The notes under the pieces: generated by a model
Told to the model about the DNA's origin: nothing
The model's database searches: none
What the model saw: the letters and a program-made list of their open reading frames with translations, nothing else
Made by a program: the position numbers and the translations under genes
Part shown: piece by piece, positions 45,258 through 54,438 of the stretch
How the letters are laid out: each line of letters starts with the position of its first letter
Numbering within the stretch: position 1 is the stretch's first letter
Source: an uncultured Alphaproteobacteria bacterium
GTDB taxonomy: Bacteria > Pseudomonadota > Alphaproteobacteria > Rs-D84
DNA length: 64,000 bases
Assembly: GCA_944389235.1 (NCBI GenBank)
Contig: CALXLO010000002.1
Coordinates: forward strand, 54,327-118,326
Reading direction: 5' to 3'

Positions 45258-47088
45258 TACGCCCGCGCGCCATTATGAAAAATTCATCTTGACCAAATGG
45301 GTTGTCAATAAAACTGGCTGTTAATGCGCGATATGATATTGAATATTCTATGGCTGGTTGCGTGCGTAAATCCAGTTCATAGTTGTTGTATATAATGCTG
45401 CCGTTTGGGGCACGACCAGTGGGCAGACGCAGTCCCATTGTCCCAGAAACAATCGCGTCTGGGACAGATACTGATATTGTCCAATCTTGGAATTGTGCCC
45501 CCAGTTTTATGGATGCGGTATATATATTTGAAAAATGCGATATCATTGAATCAGATGATGCGCGTGGCGCACCAAAGCCTATGCGTGCCTGGTGAAATAA
45601 AGATATGTTGCCAATATCAAATTTATGACCAGTGCCGATAAAGCCGAATTTTTGATTATCATTTGTTTTCATAAAACCATCACCAAAGATGAAATCTGTA
45701 TCCATTAAACCCATTTTAAGTCTGCCCATATCAAATACAGTGATTTCATCGTTTGCACGCAGTCGGTAAAACCCGCGTCCAGGATTTTGAATACTTATAT
45801 TGTCGCCCAGTGTGGTATTAAATGCGCGTCCGTATTTATCAAAATATGCAAATTGCAATCCTGCGGTGCGAATTTGGTGTGCAATGTTTCCAGATACGCG
45901 TGCAGTTTGCAGTGGGCGCATTATGCCGTCTGCCACTGGGACCAGCGGTGCACCAACAGGTCGGGTTGCACGTTCCATATCCAGCATGCCATGACCGTAT
46001 ATTGCGTCTGTGCCTGGTTCGCCTAAATCGCGCGCGGTTTCAAACAGCAGGTCGGTTATTTGTGATGCGGTCATGTATGGGAACGCTTCGCGGATAACAG
46101 CAATGGCGGCTGATACAATTGGTGCAGCAAAACTGGTTCCATCTGCCACGGATGTGCCGGTGTTTATATTACTGCCGGGGGCAGTTATGCACCATTCTTG
46201 TGTAATTCCGCATGCATTGCTGTAATCTGCCAATGCGCCAGTGTCGCTGTCCCAGGCGACGACATTTATAAAATGTCCGTGTAATTCAGGCATAACATTT
46301 GGCATCGCAGACAATGCACTGCTTTGACTTTTATCATAATCATTGCCGGCGGCAAATACGAATATTGCGTCTTGGTTGATGGCGGCATCAGATATACTGG
46401 AAACAAATTTAGTATCTGTCAGTTGTTCCAGTTGTGTACGCGAATGCAAATCTGGTGCCCGCATGTCCACAGACCAACTGGCATTAAAAACATTTGCGTT
46501 ATTGGCAGATGCGATAATATCGCCAATTTCACGATATGATACAAATTCCATATCGTATGCGATTTTATATGATTCTATGGTCGCATTGGGTGCAATAATC
46601 CCAGATGCCATTGCTGCGACATTACGGCCGTGCCAACTGTCCAGGCCTGTGTCCAAGACAGCAATTGTTGTATTGCGTCCGGTAAATCCACGCGCAATAG
46701 AATATGCTAATCTGATATCATTATATTGATTGAAGTTTGCGCGATATTGTGCGCTGTCCATTATTGCAGATATTTTTATTGATTCAACATCGCCGCCAAC
46801 GGTGTCGTATTTTGGTAATGCAGACATCGGCTGGGCTGCTGGTTGATTTGCATTTGAAACAGATGCAGATGCCGCAGACATTCCAATCAGGGCAAGTGCA
46901 CCACCTAAAACGCCAACGCCACCAAGTATTGGTGCAATTGTTGTTGCGCCTGAAAAAGACGCGCATTTTTCTGGGTGTGCGTTGCGGTATTCTGGGCTTG
47001 CACAGCGCAGTGCATCATTGCCGTGCGCCGCGGTGTTTATAAACACAACGCATGTCAGCCAAGCAAAAAATTTGACAAACAGTTTCAT
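45247..47088 (-). CDS. Autotransporter with subtilisin-like (S8) serine protease passenger domain
   Basis: Signal peptide MKLFVKFFAWLTCVVFINTAAHG. Asp/His/Ser triad contexts TIAVLDTGLD, WHGRNVA, GTSFAAPIVSAA. C-terminal beta-barrel ending ...ARGRIKF. Confidence 0.85.
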   Translation of the reverse strand: MKLFVKFFAWLTCVVFINTAAHGNDALRCASPEYRNAHPEKCASFSGATTIAPILGGVGVLGGALALIGMSAASASVSNANQPAAQPMSALPKYDTVGGDVESIKISAIMDSAQYRANFNQYNDIRLAYSIARGFTGRNTTIAVLDTGLDSWHGRNVAAMASGIIAPNATIESYKIAYDMEFVSYREIGDIIASANNANVFNASWSVDMRAPDLHSRTQLEQLTDTKFVSSISDAAINQDAIFVFAAGNDYDKSQSSALSAMPNVMPELHGHFINVVAWDSDTGALADYSNACGITQEWCITAPGSNINTGTSVADGTSFAAPIVSAAIAVIREAFPYMTASQITDLLFETARDLGEPGTDAIYGHGMLDMERATRPVGAPLVPVADGIMRPLQTARVSGNIAHQIRTAGLQFAYFDKYGRAFNTTLGDNISIQNPGRGFYRLRANDEITVFDMGRLKMGLMDTDFIFGDGFMKTNDNQKFGFIGTGHKFDIGNISLFHQARIGFGAPRASSDSMISHFSNIYTASIKLGAQFQDWTISVSVPDAIVSGTMGLRLPTGRAPNGSIIYNNYELDLRTQPAIEYSISYRALTASFIDNPFGQDEFFIMARGRIKF

Positions 47089-47250
47089 TTGTAAATATAT
47101 TAATACATAAAAACATTTTGTCAATTTTTTAATACATGGTTGCTTTTATCAAAAAATACTAGTTTTTGCTTGATTTTTATATGCTGGCGGGGTATTATGC
47201 ACCTACACGCAGATGCGTGAAGAACACAGTCATTTGGTCTGAATTTCTGT

Positions 47251-47272
47251 CCGAATGCAAATTCGGCTTTTT
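47251..47272 (+). promoter_or_regulatory. Hairpin plus U-run in the rpsB 5' leader (possible attenuator/autoregulatory element)
   Basis: ccgaat-gcaa-attcgg followed by cttttt, about 45 nt upstream of the rpsB ATG. The upstream gene is divergent. Confidence 0.3.
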
Positions 47273-47313
47273 ACCAATGGCGAGGATAACAACAGAAAAC
47301 AAAGGATATTATC

Positions 47314-48183
47314 ATGGCATTGCCAACATTTACAATGAAACAATTGATGGAAGCCGGTGTGCACTTTGGTCATCATACGCGCCGCTGGAATCCGCTGATG
47401 ACACCGTATGTTTATGGGGTCAAAGATAAAATTCATATTATTAATTTGAACAAAACAGCACCGCTGTTATATCGTGCATTGGTCGCACTAGAAGCAATTG
47501 CGGCGGCTGGGGGCAAGATTTTGTTTGTTGCGACAAAACACCAGGCCAAAGATATTGTCAAAGACGCAGCAGAACGTTGCGGTCAATTTTATGTTAACAA
47601 TCGTTGGTTGGGCGGTATGTTAACAAACTGGACAACTGTTTCGCAATCAATTCGCCGTTTGAAAAAAATGGAATCTGATATTGAAAATGCAGACAAATTG
47701 GGATTGACCAAGAAAGAAGTCGGCATCATGACCAAAGAAGTTGCCAAACTGCGTGATATATTTGGTGGTATTTTGGAAATGCATGGCACGCCCCAGGCAA
47801 TGATTGTTATTGATGTTCCGCGTGAAATGAACGCTGTTCGTGAAGCAAAAATCTTGGATATTCCGACAATTGCAATTTGTGATACAAACGCGAACCCGGA
47901 ATTAGTTGATTATCCTGTGCCGGGTAATGATGACGCAGCGCGTGCAACCCAGTTGTATTGCGACTTGTTCGTTGATGCGATTTTGTCTGGTATCGAAAAG
48001 CGTTTGGGTGGGGCCGCTGGGAAAAAGGTCGAATCTGATATGACGGATGCAGTGGCCGAAGATTTTGAAGCGGATATCAAAGACAAAGAAGCAAAGCAAA
48101 AGTCTAAAATGTCCGAAGCGCGCGCAGAACGCCGTGGCAAGTTAATAGAAAAAGCGGTGAAAGCCGAAAGCGCGGACAAATAA
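47314..48183 (+). CDS. rpsB: 30S ribosomal protein S2
   Basis: ...MKQLMEAGVHFGHHTRRWNPLM... Confidence 0.95.
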   Translation: MALPTFTMKQLMEAGVHFGHHTRRWNPLMTPYVYGVKDKIHIINLNKTAPLLYRALVALEAIAAAGGKILFVATKHQAKDIVKDAAERCGQFYVNNRWLGGMLTNWTTVSQSIRRLKKMESDIENADKLGLTKKEVGIMTKEVAKLRDIFGGILEMHGTPQAMIVIDVPREMNAVREAKILDIPTIAICDTNANPELVDYPVPGNDDAARATQLYCDLFVDAILSGIEKRLGGAAGKKVESDMTDAVAEDFEADIKDKEAKQKSKMSEARAERRGKLIEKAVKAESADK

Positions 48184-48275
48184 TCTTTGCTGTATATTTA
48201 TATCTTGGTCGGCAATGCGAATATTGCGTATTGCCGCGCCAAACAAGAATAATCACAAAACCAGGAGAAAACAAA

Positions 48276-49145
48276 ATGGCAGAAATAACCGCAAAATTAA
48301 TCCAAGAACTGCGTGAAAAAACATCCGCTGGGATGATGGATTGCAAAAAAGCGTTAATTGAAACAAATGGCGATATCGAAGCAGCGGCAGATTGGCTGCG
48401 TCAAAAAGGTATTGTCAAAGCAGCGTCCAAGGCAGGTCGTGTTGCTGCATCTGGATTGGTTACGGTTGTAAAATGCGATGGTATGGGATGTGTTGTTGAG
48501 GTTAATGCGGAAACAGATTTTGTTGCAAAAAATGATAAATTCCAAAAGTTGGTTTCTGATATCGCGTCCAAAGCAGCAGAATTACAGGGCGATTTTGATG
48601 CAACATTAAATGCAGTCAAAGACGATATCGCAGCAACAATTTCTACGATTGGCGAAAATATGAGCCTGCGTCGCATTGCCAAGGTTAATGGCGAACATAT
48701 TTATACATATATTCATAATGCGCTGGTTCCGGGTATGGGGCAAATTGGTGTCGTGGTTGCGATTGACGGTGATTCTGACAAGATTGATGAAATCGGAAAT
48801 AAAATCGCGATGCATATTGCGGCAAACAAGCCTGAATTTATGACAATTGCAGATGTTGACCCGGCATCAGTTGAACGCGAAAAGAAAGTATTTATTGAAT
48901 CTGGGGCAACCGACGGCAAGCCTGAAAATGTTGTTGAAAAAATGGTCGAAGGTCGTATCCATAAATACTATGCAGAAACTGTTTTAGAAGAACAGCCGTT
49001 TGTTATGGACCCGTCAAAAACAGTGAAACAAGTTGTTGAAGAAGCGGGCGGTAAATTGGCTGGGTTCGCATATTTCGTTTTGGGCGAAGGTATCCAGAAA
49101 CGCGAAGACAACTTGGCAGATGAAGTTGCAAAAATGTTATCTTGA
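48276..49145 (+). CDS. tsf: Elongation factor Ts
   Basis: MAEITAKLIQELREKTSAGMMDCKKALIETNGDIEAAADWLRQKG...; lies downstream of rpsB. Confidence 0.95.
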   Translation: MAEITAKLIQELREKTSAGMMDCKKALIETNGDIEAAADWLRQKGIVKAASKAGRVAASGLVTVVKCDGMGCVVEVNAETDFVAKNDKFQKLVSDIASKAAELQGDFDATLNAVKDDIAATISTIGENMSLRRIAKVNGEHIYTYIHNALVPGMGQIGVVVAIDGDSDKIDEIGNKIAMHIAANKPEFMTIADVDPASVEREKKVFIESGATDGKPENVVEKMVEGRIHKYYAETVLEEQPFVMDPSKTVKQVVEEAGGKLAGFAYFVLGEGIQKREDNLADEVAKMLS

Positions 49146-49173
49146 AAATTGCAATTTTATGTATAGAAATTTG

Positions 49174-49195
49174 AAAACCGCCGTCTGGCGGTTTT
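49174..49195 (+). terminator. Terminator after tsf
   Basis: aaaaccgcc-gtct-ggcggtttt. Confidence 0.75.
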
Positions 49196-49357
49196 CTTTT
49201 GTGGTGGGGTGTATGTTTTTTATAATCATATTGCGTACCGGAAATAATGGATTTTTGTATTGAGAATATAAGCATTTTTTGATAAAATATCATATATAAC
49301 ATATTCAAAAAGTGTGAAGAATCTGGCGTTTTTTATGCTTTTTGTTGTACAAAAATC

Positions 49358-50095
49358 ATGCCGAATCTAAACCTAGGGTTATTTTCAGCATTGTTGTGTA
49401 TAGGGGTGTCAGCAATAATATCAACCAATGTAAATGCGGCAGTACCAAATTATGATTCTCTGAAATCTGAACTAAAAGCCGAAACACGGCAATTTAATAG
49501 AGATATGAACGCATCGCAAAAAGCATTTAATGCAGAAATGCGTGCGCAGGCAGCAAATGATATCTATGAATATGATATGCAAGAACTGGGTAATACCTTG
49601 GACGCGCGTGTGGCAGCGGACATGGAGGCTGATTTACTGAAAGACATATCGAAAACAAATAAAGAAGCGGATAAATCGCTGAATAAAACGATTCGGGCAA
49701 GTAAATCGGAACAGCGCCAGTTCAATAAAGATATGAAACAAGATATAAAATCATCTAATGCAGAAATGCGTACGCAGGCGGCAAATGATATCTATGAATA
49801 CCAGATGCAAAAACTGGGTAATACCCTGGACGCGCGCAAGAGTGGTCGAACATGGGCTACGGTTGGTGGTGCGGTTGGCGGTGCTGGTTTAGGTGTTGGG
49901 ATAATGGAATTATTTGGCAATCGCTGGATTGGTGGCAAGGTTATGGGTCAAAAGTCGCTAGATGAAGTAGAATTGCTGTATTCTCAGATGACGACAACGG
50001 AACGGGCGCAGTACGAAGAAGCGATAACGGAACTTGGTCGTGCGTGTGATGAGCTGCATGCACTTGGTGGTGTTCATTCTGCGTGCGGGGATTAA
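49358..50095 (+). CDS. Secreted/membrane protein with an internal tandem duplication and a glycine-zipper segment
   Basis: Signal peptide MPNLNLGLFSALLCIGVSAIISTNVNA. Two copies of RQFN(R/K)DM...NAEMR(A/T)QAANDIYEY.MQ.LGNTLDAR about 75 aa apart, then VGGAVGGAGLGVGIMELFG. Confidence 0.65.
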   Translation: MPNLNLGLFSALLCIGVSAIISTNVNAAVPNYDSLKSELKAETRQFNRDMNASQKAFNAEMRAQAANDIYEYDMQELGNTLDARVAADMEADLLKDISKTNKEADKSLNKTIRASKSEQRQFNKDMKQDIKSSNAEMRTQAANDIYEYQMQKLGNTLDARKSGRTWATVGGAVGGAGLGVGIMELFGNRWIGGKVMGQKSLDEVELLYSQMTTTERAQYEEAITELGRACDELHALGGVHSACGD

Positions 50096-50327
50096 GCGAG
50101 AATAAGACAATCTGTTATGTAATAAACTAACGGGGCGTAATTAAAAAGCCCCGTTTTTATATACCAAGGAAAGACAATGAAAATAATATATTTATTAATT
50201 ATTTGGGGGGCAGAACTTTACATTATATTTTGATGTTGTATGAGCAAAGATGCATGGCTGATAATTTTATGGAAAACTTGCCATGAATTGATATATTATA
50301 TAGTATTCATAACCAAGGATTTGTAAT

Positions 50328-51545
50328 ATGCAAAATGAATTATTGCGCGAATTAGAATTACGCGGTTTTATAAATCAAGCATCCAATATGGATGGGCTAA
50401 ATGATGCGTTGAATGCTGGGCGTATGGTTGGTTATTGGGGTACAGACCCAACAGGGGATTCGCTGCATGTGGGACATTTGGCATCGCTGATGCTGATGCG
50501 TTGGTTCCAAAAATATGGTCATAAACCTATTTTATTGGTCGGTGGTGCAACCGGTCGCATTGGGGACCCGTCTGGGCGTGATAAAGGGCGACCAATGTTA
50601 ACGGATGAACAAATTGCCCACAATTGTGCCGGATTGCGTAAATCTATTTCAAAATTTATTAAGTTTGGCGATGGTGATACAGACGCAATCATGGTTGATA
50701 ATTATGATTGGATGAAAGATTACAATCATTTGGATTTCTTGCGTGAATATGGTACTGATTTTACTGTTCCGCGTATGTTGTCTATGGAAAGCGTCCGTCG
50801 TCGTTTGGCAAATGGCATGACTTTTTTAGAATTTAATTATATGACTTTCCAGGCTGTTGATTTCTTGACGCTGTATAAAAAATATGGTTGCCAATTGCAG
50901 TTCTGTGGTGCAGACCAATGGGGCAACTGTGTCATGGGAATTGAATTAATACGCAAAAAATTGGGTAAAGAAGCCTTTGTATTATCAACGGCGTTAATCA
51001 CAGATTCGCGTGGTGAAAAAATTGGCAAGTCTGCGGGTAATGCTGTTTGGGTAAACGAAGATAAAACATCGCCGTATGAATACTATCAATATTTCCGTAA
51101 TATCCCAGATGATTTAGTTGAAAAGTTTTTGAAAATATTTACAGAAATACCATTAGATGAAATTGCCCGATTGGCAGCGTTCCAGGGTGCAGAATTAAAT
51201 GTTGCAAAAAAGATTTTGGCATTTGCTGCAACAGAAATTGCACATGGGCATGATGCGGCAGTTGCGGCACAAAGTGCGGCAGATGCACTGTTTAGCGGTG
51301 GGGCAGATTCTGAAAATGTCCCGACATTTGAATTAAATATGTCAGGTGATATGGGTATTGTTGATTTCTTGGTCAATATAAATTTATTCCAATCAAAATC
51401 AGATGCACGGCGTATGATTGAACAGGGCGGTATTCAGATTGATGGTAAAAAAATTACAGATTGGAAATCTGTTGTTGTGCCAGCAGATGAAATCATGGTT
51501 CAAAAGGGTAAAAAAACATTTTTGCGTGTTGTTAATAAAAATTAA
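50328..51545 (+). CDS. tyrS: Tyrosine--tRNA ligase
   Basis: HIGH-type motif SLHVGHL, KMSKS-type motif KIGKS, and a C-terminal S4-like domain. Confidence 0.9.
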   Translation: MQNELLRELELRGFINQASNMDGLNDALNAGRMVGYWGTDPTGDSLHVGHLASLMLMRWFQKYGHKPILLVGGATGRIGDPSGRDKGRPMLTDEQIAHNCAGLRKSISKFIKFGDGDTDAIMVDNYDWMKDYNHLDFLREYGTDFTVPRMLSMESVRRRLANGMTFLEFNYMTFQAVDFLTLYKKYGCQLQFCGADQWGNCVMGIELIRKKLGKEAFVLSTALITDSRGEKIGKSAGNAVWVNEDKTSPYEYYQYFRNIPDDLVEKFLKIFTEIPLDEIARLAAFQGAELNVAKKILAFAATEIAHGHDAAVAAQSAADALFSGGADSENVPTFELNMSGDMGIVDFLVNINLFQSKSDARRMIEQGGIQIDGKKITDWKSVVVPADEIMVQKGKKTFLRVVNKN

Positions 51546-52621
51546 TGAAAAAATTTTTAGTTGTTTTTGCGTTATTGTGTGTGATGCCGACATACAGTGT
51601 ATTCGGTGCCAATGAACTGGCGAATATCCAGGCACAGATAAAAAAAACAGAACAACAAAATAAAAAGTTAAGTCAACAAGTTGAATCGTCTGATAAAGAA
51701 ATTGCGTCCACCAAAAAAAAGTTGGTTCGTGCAGCAGACCGGGTCAGTACACTGGAAGAACAACGCAGTGCAGTTGCTAAAAAAATCCAAGAATTAGATG
51801 CCCAACGCGAAAAGTTAGAAAAATCTTTGCAACAAAACCGTGTGCGTATTGCCGATGCGGCAGCCAGTATTTTATTTGTTGCAGCGCATCCCAGTTTCGA
51901 TTCTGAAAATATGCGCGAATATGTTTTAACATCTGCGATTTTATCTGGGGCGGCAAATAATTTTGATACAGAAATTCAAGCCGCCACAGCGGAAATTCGC
52001 GAGTTAGAAAAAATACGCGCCCAACGCGCGGTCGAAAAAGAAAAACTGGACCGTACGGCAAAACGATATGCAAATGAAAAAGATGAACTGGATAAATTGT
52101 TGCGTACGCGTTCGGCACAAAATCAGAAGTTGCGCACACAACAAGGGGCTTTGCAGAAAAAATTGCGCGAACTGTCGGTGCGCGCAAAAACTATTTCTGA
52201 ATTAATGGCCGGCGTGGGGAGTTCGGAAATGTCAGGGGATTCACGATTTTCGTTGCGTAAATTAAACCAGCCCGTACGCGGTCGGGTCGTTGTTCATTTT
52301 GGGGAACAAACTGCGTTGGGATTAAAATCAGATGGGTGGCGTATCAGAACCCGTGGTGATGCATTGGTAATGGCACCAGCAGATGGTGAAATTAAGTTTG
52401 CTGATAATTTCAAGGGTTTTGGTAAGGTTATAATTATGTCGCATAAAAACGGTTATAATACAATTATGACAAATCTGGGGACAATCAATGTTATGCTGGG
52501 CCAGGAAGTATTGGCCGGCGAACCAATTGGTCGTATGGATTCAAATAAATCTGAAATGTATTTGGAAGTTCGCCGTGGCGATAAAGTTGTGAATCCTGCT
52601 AACTTATTCAAAGAAGATTAA
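51545..52621 (+). CDS. envC: EnvC-like murein hydrolase activator (coiled coil plus degenerate M23/LytM domain)
   Basis: Signal peptide, about 200 aa of coiled coil, then C-terminal LytM fold ...GWRIRTRGDALVMAPADGEIKFAD.FKGFGKVIIMSHKNGYNTIMTNLG... without an intact HxH metal motif. Confidence 0.75.
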   Translation: MKKFLVVFALLCVMPTYSVFGANELANIQAQIKKTEQQNKKLSQQVESSDKEIASTKKKLVRAADRVSTLEEQRSAVAKKIQELDAQREKLEKSLQQNRVRIADAAASILFVAAHPSFDSENMREYVLTSAILSGAANNFDTEIQAATAEIRELEKIRAQRAVEKEKLDRTAKRYANEKDELDKLLRTRSAQNQKLRTQQGALQKKLRELSVRAKTISELMAGVGSSEMSGDSRFSLRKLNQPVRGRVVVHFGEQTALGLKSDGWRIRTRGDALVMAPADGEIKFADNFKGFGKVIIMSHKNGYNTIMTNLGTINVMLGQEVLAGEPIGRMDSNKSEMYLEVRRGDKVVNPANLFKED

Positions 52622-52625
52622 TTTT

Positions 52626-53558
52626 TTATCGCGACAGTTGCTGTTCCAGATTATGAATGTTTTGCATTTGTTGACGCATAAACGATAATTTTTCCAGATT
52701 ATTATCAGCACTTTTCTTGTTTGCTGGGGTTACGCGCAGGTCGTCAGATGCCTTGATAAAACGGCGTAAAAATACGACCATGATTCTATGCTTCATTATT
52801 TCACGAAATGCGTCTGTTTTTGCGCCGGGCATATAGTATAATTCTTGGTTGTGCATCTTGTAATACACATCGTAAATGTTTTTGTATATATTCAATTCAA
52901 TTTGCAGCGGTGCAAATATATCACGATAGATAAACTTATAATCTGCTTCGGCAAAATCTATGAATGACAGGCGGCTGGTTGCTGCGTCATAGATAACATT
53001 TTTTGCGCTGATATCCGCATGCGACCATGCCAAGCGCGTTTCATATTCAAATTTGCCAATTTTATCACGAATATTTGCCATTTGATATATTTCTTCGCGT
53101 GTAAACCACAGGTGCATTTTATTTTCTATGAATTTATCCAGTCGGGAAAATTTTAATTCATTCATAATATTGTTTTTCTGAACCGCGCCAATCGGTTTTA
53201 ATTCGTTCATATCAACCAGAAAACTGGCGATGCTGTTTACGATTTCAAATTTTTGACGCGCAGATAATTTACTATATAAATCTGCGGTTAATGGTTCACC
53301 AGGGGCGCGTTCTTCTAAGATTTGATATTCTGCGTCATGGATATATTCCATTGCTGGGACATTGTATAATGGATTTTTCTTGGCACGAATCGCATCAATT
53401 GCGTCTTTGGTTTTGTGCTGTTTTGCCAACCAAGCATCGCGTTTTTCAGCAGTTGAGTTAGGCAGCGGTCTTTTCAAAACAAATCTGTCGCCGTAATATA
53501 CTGCGTATGTTTCGCGTCCATGGTGCACAAGATTGCTGATGTTTTCCGGCATTTTCAT
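52626..53558 (-). CDS. Aminoglycoside-phosphotransferase-like (APH/choline-kinase fold) kinase
   Basis: ...FVLKRP... (Lys), catalytic loop WSHADISAKNVIY (HxDxxxxN), and metal site FIDFAEA. Start set at the ATG overlapping the upstream stop (TAATG). Confidence 0.7.
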   Translation of the reverse strand: MKMPENISNLVHHGRETYAVYYGDRFVLKRPLPNSTAEKRDAWLAKQHKTKDAIDAIRAKKNPLYNVPAMEYIHDAEYQILEERAPGEPLTADLYSKLSARQKFEIVNSIASFLVDMNELKPIGAVQKNNIMNELKFSRLDKFIENKMHLWFTREEIYQMANIRDKIGKFEYETRLAWSHADISAKNVIYDAATSRLSFIDFAEADYKFIYRDIFAPLQIELNIYKNIYDVYYKMHNQELYYMPGAKTDAFREIMKHRIMVVFLRRFIKASDDLRVTPANKKSADNNLEKLSFMRQQMQNIHNLEQQLSR

Positions 53559-54283
53559 TACAATATTTTTGATTTGGTTAGTACCTTGATAATTGCTTTT
53601 TGTGTGCGCAACATACATGATTTCATATAAGTCATATATGCTTTGTAATTACCGTTTGCGTACGCGGTTATTGCGTCTTTGTATTTTTGTTTATCGGATG
53701 GTTGATTAAATACAATTGGACGATATCCGCCTTGGACCAGCACCCAATTCATAATCATTCGGGACAGGCGTTTGTTAAAGTCGTCAAATGGTTGCAACAT
53801 TATTAATTCATAGTGTACCTTGAACGCACGAATTGGGGCAGAATCTTGACTGTTATTCAGGTTAAATATAATTTCATTTAATTTTGACGGTATGTCATGA
53901 TAGTCTGGTGCATGAAAGCGTTGCCCGTTTACATTTATTTCAATAACTTTTTGCGTGCTGCGGAAAACACCACCATGAATTTTTGTGCCTGCGCACATCA
54001 TGCTGTGTATGCGACATACTTCTGTTGCATCAATGGGGGTTGTCGGGTTGTGTATAATGTAATCATACGCATCGCCGATATTTTTCATTGAATTATAATC
54101 CAAGTGAGTTTTTTGCTGTTTCGCCGGCAAGTAAAACAAAGTACGCGGTTCAACATACGATATTTCAGTACGCAACCAATTTACATTATTCAGCCGCTTA
54201 ACAGTCCCAGCACCTGACAATAACCGGGTTATTGTCTGGCGGTTTGTTTCAATCGGATTTTCAAATTTTTGTGTCTTTGTCAT
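53558..54283 (-). CDS. Fic-fold protein with a degenerate active-site motif
   Basis: Fic-like core ...IHGGVFRSTQKVIEI...FHAPDYHDIPSKLNEII...IRAFKVHYELIMLQPFDDFNKRLSRMIMNWVLVQGGY. The motif position reads QPFDDFNKRLSR instead of HPFx(D/E)GNGRxxR. Confidence 0.7.
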   Translation of the reverse strand: MTKTQKFENPIETNRQTITRLLSGAGTVKRLNNVNWLRTEISYVEPRTLFYLPAKQQKTHLDYNSMKNIGDAYDYIIHNPTTPIDATEVCRIHSMMCAGTKIHGGVFRSTQKVIEINVNGQRFHAPDYHDIPSKLNEIIFNLNNSQDSAPIRAFKVHYELIMLQPFDDFNKRLSRMIMNWVLVQGGYRPIVFNQPSDKQKYKDAITAYANGNYKAYMTYMKSCMLRTQKAIIKVLTKSKIL

Positions 54284-54438
54284 GTTTTTATACCGTTATT
54301 CTCTTATAAATATAGCCCTTAAAAATAATTTGTCAAGTTTTTTAGTGGTTTTATTTGTTAAAACGGGCTTGCGACGAACGGCTTTTTGTTTTATGGTTAG
54401 TTTGTTATATTTATATCTATATATGAAAGGATTGATAA

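Noticed and set aside
44450-47124. The serine recombinase as part of an IS element, transposon or prophage
   Set aside because: I saw no transposase, phage genes, cargo genes or terminal inverted repeats. The flanking genes (A2M, autotransporter) are intact right up to it. It is kept as an orphan recombinase.
50096-50327. T-box riboswitch or leader peptide upstream of tyrS, including an 18-codon ORF (MKIIYLLIIWGAELYIIF) at about 50177
   Set aside because: There is no T-box consensus (ggtggtacc-type) and no specifier or antiterminator architecture. The mini-ORF has no RBS and is not Tyr-enriched enough to suggest attenuation.
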